From Oculina patagonica (taxonomy: Eukaryota), in NCBI RefSeq assembly GCF_052425735.1, contig NC_135768.1, positions 16,678,001 to 16,742,000 on the forward strand: a stretch of DNA of 64,000 nucleotides. Reading direction: 5' to 3'. The notes beneath the pieces were generated by a model. It searched no databases. It saw nothing but the letters and a program-made list of their open reading frames with translations, and was not told the origin of the DNA. Below, in pieces: positions 61,846-64,000 of the stretch (its first letter is position 1; each line of letters opens with the position of its first letter). Both the position numbers and the translations under genes were made by a program.

Positions 61846-63102
61846 CTTCGCGTTCTCTCTCTTACGTTTAAAGTAACGAACCTTCTTTTTGGTGCAATAG
61901 TCGATTTGCACAGCTCTATAATGTTGTGTCAACTTGAAAAATATGTTTATCGCAATTTTCGGCTGCCTGTCACATAAACAGTTGAAGTGATCGATGATTC
62001 AAGTCCCAAAGAGGCTTACATAACTAGCAAGCTATATCGAAGGATCTGAGTGTCGATTACCTCCGTATTTAGAAACAAGAAAGGAAGAAACATCTCTTCA
62101 GCGACGTACAGCTGGATTTGTGTTTACATAGCGGCGTTGTCCACCACGCGGTGGCTAATTTTTGGTGTATTCGATTTTCATTTGGAAAAAATGAAGGGAG
62201 CTGGTATACTTGCGCAAGAGAAAAGATTTGAGCAGCATGACTCTTAGAAAGTGATCAGCAAATTATTTTTTCTATAAAAAGAGAAATTAATTAGCCAGCT
62301 GTGAAGATACCCTTTCTTTTAAAAATACAGCATAATAATAAATGCTAATAAATGCTGCACATTGAACGCATTTGGGAAAATTCGAATTTTAACGCCGAGA
62401 ACAAGTTGTTTTTTTTGGACTAAGCAGCTTCCTTTGGTATGCCACTTCCATTACTTGTCATTGTCAAACAATATCCTTAATTTGTCGTCAGCCCCATTTT
62501 CAAACCAAAATATAACGTTTCGTGCTGTTGTCGTAACTTTTTATTGCTCTCCCTTAAGATTCTCTTGCCTAGTTTTGTTTTGTTTTCTTGGATTTTCATG
62601 GCATGACATCTCACCCAATAAGGACCTTCTTAGCTTGAGAGATGTGGGAATGAGAACCCAGTTTATTCTAGTCTGTTCTCTTACCATGGTTACGCATGCT
62701 GGTATTGAAGAAATAATAAAATAAATCATTAGGTTGAAATAAGAAGTGTTAGAGATACGACTTATAAAATATATGTCTAATAAACGCTTAACGGCTGAAT
62801 CTTTTCGTGACATCATGGCTTTCGGTCTTATAGTTGTTGAAGTGAAACAAGTGATGAAACGTTTTGAAACATTTTTGAACGGTGGAGGGCAACTAAATTA
62901 AAATAAGGTATCACCCACTTTGCATTAATATTTGTACAGTTTTTTTTTGCTTAGTTAATAGTTTTAATTAGGTTTTTTAAATGTATATAAATATTTTCTA
63001 TTTTATATATATTAATTACGTTCTTAGTTAGGCAGGTTAGGTGTCCACAATTAGTAGAGGGGACTTTTCCCCTCAGCTACTACAGTTTGACACGATAATA
63101 AA

Positions 63103-63103
<1 letters not shown>

Positions 63104-63139
<36 letters not shown>
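63104..63139. repeat. (ATT)n microsatellite
   Basis: About 11-12 TTA units. Confidence 0.95.
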
Positions 63140-63339
63140 GATGTTGTAGGGCTTTTTAACTTATCATTTAAGTTCTTACTTAGAAATCAATTCGGATAAG
63201 ACAGCAGATGAACAACGCTCTTGACTGCCACTTATAACGTTTTGTTCTGGCCTTCTTATGATAAGGTCCATAGTTTGTCCATGATTCGCAACCTTTTTTA
63301 TTTGGTAAATTAAACAGTAATATAAATAACAAAAAATGA

Positions 63340-63680
63340 CAGCTAATTGGAAAAGTTATAAGAATTCAGATTCCAAAAAAGTTACAAATGCTAGTATCAA
63401 GCTAATAAGTAAGCCAAAGAATCGCTGAACATTGTGTACATTACGCGATTTGGGGTCATCAAATTCGGATATCATATGTAATGATATTTATAGCGTAAAG
63501 AACGCCACATACTGTCGCGTTGCCTTGTTCAGCGAACTGTCTTTCGTATGACTTAAAGAAATGTTAAATGGTTGCAGAACAAGTCCAGCGAAGGGGTTCT
63601 GATAAATTGCAAAGCAAAGTTCTCAAACTGGCTGCATGCTAGCTCTAGAATGATGCCAGTATTGGAGATGACCATGAGCT
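63340..63680 (-). pseudogene. Degraded GPCR relic
   Basis: AGCCAAAGAATCGCTGA, GTCATCAAATTCGGATATCATATG and GGTTGCAGAACAAGTCCA remnants; mirror of 35880. Confidence 0.65.
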
Positions 63681-63749
63681 ACAAAAAATGGTTTTACGCA
63701 AATTTGGTTTTTAGTTTATGCCTAGGAGGATTGGCTTAAACCCCTACTC

Positions 63750-64000
63750 TTAAGTAAACGAATTTTCTACTCTTTGTTTACAAAACATCTGCCTAGCTGT
63801 CTTTACAACTGCCGTTCGAAGGTCACGAAAACGCCAACAATACAAAAGTGGATTGATAGCAGAGTTCATAAATGCTACAGTATCTGCTAAGGTCCATGCA
63901 ACTGTCCAGCGATTGCGGGACACAGCTAAAATTGACATGGAAGCAAATAACGGGGTATAACACAATATCATTACGATATAATATAAAAAAAGTGTTTTTA
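63750..64000 (-). pseudogene. 3' end of an FEN-subtype GPCR running off the window; apparent +1 frameshift in a T7 run
   Basis: MILCYTPLFASMSILAVSRNRWTVAWTLADTVAFMNSAINPLLYCWR..QRVENSFT*; near 63990 the frame is one base off from the KNTFIYY consensus, which could be a sequencing error. Confidence 0.6.

Overview
AT-rich animal genomic DNA, inferred to be anthozoan (stony-coral-like) from the SINE family and the receptor family. The window is dominated by a tandem cluster of intronless, minimal (about 280-300 aa) class A GPCR paralogs. They carry GN/EN in TM1, LAVSD in TM2, SVDRFLALHYHMRYP at TM3/ICL2, CYTP in TM6 and NSSINPFLYCWR in TM7, and lack the TM3-ECL2 disulfide. I count 10 copies with complete ORFs, about 9 disrupted or partial copies and several short relics, plus one unrelated 382-aa class A GPCR. 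The cluster grew by multi-gene cassette duplication, including an inverted duplication with arms of about 8 kb (about 34.3-42.8 kb vs 56.5-64 kb). Notable patterns: nucleotide-invariant blocks (silent sites included) alternate with hypervariable extracellular segments; at least one gene looks mosaic; diverged copies share an upstream E-box/TGACAG element; and two in-frame start codons have been lost reciprocally. This resembles an orphan chemosensory-type receptor repertoire, which is inference only. Intergenic DNA contains many non-autonomous transposons (Harbinger-, piggyBac-, CACTA-, Kolobok- and Helentron-like, plus hairpin-ended elements), a DIRS/Ngaro gag remnant, tRNA-derived SINEs and a satellite with a higher-order repeat. 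The first 3.1 kb is CpG-depleted and may be the body of a spliced minus-strand gene. All comparisons were made by eye, without alignment software.
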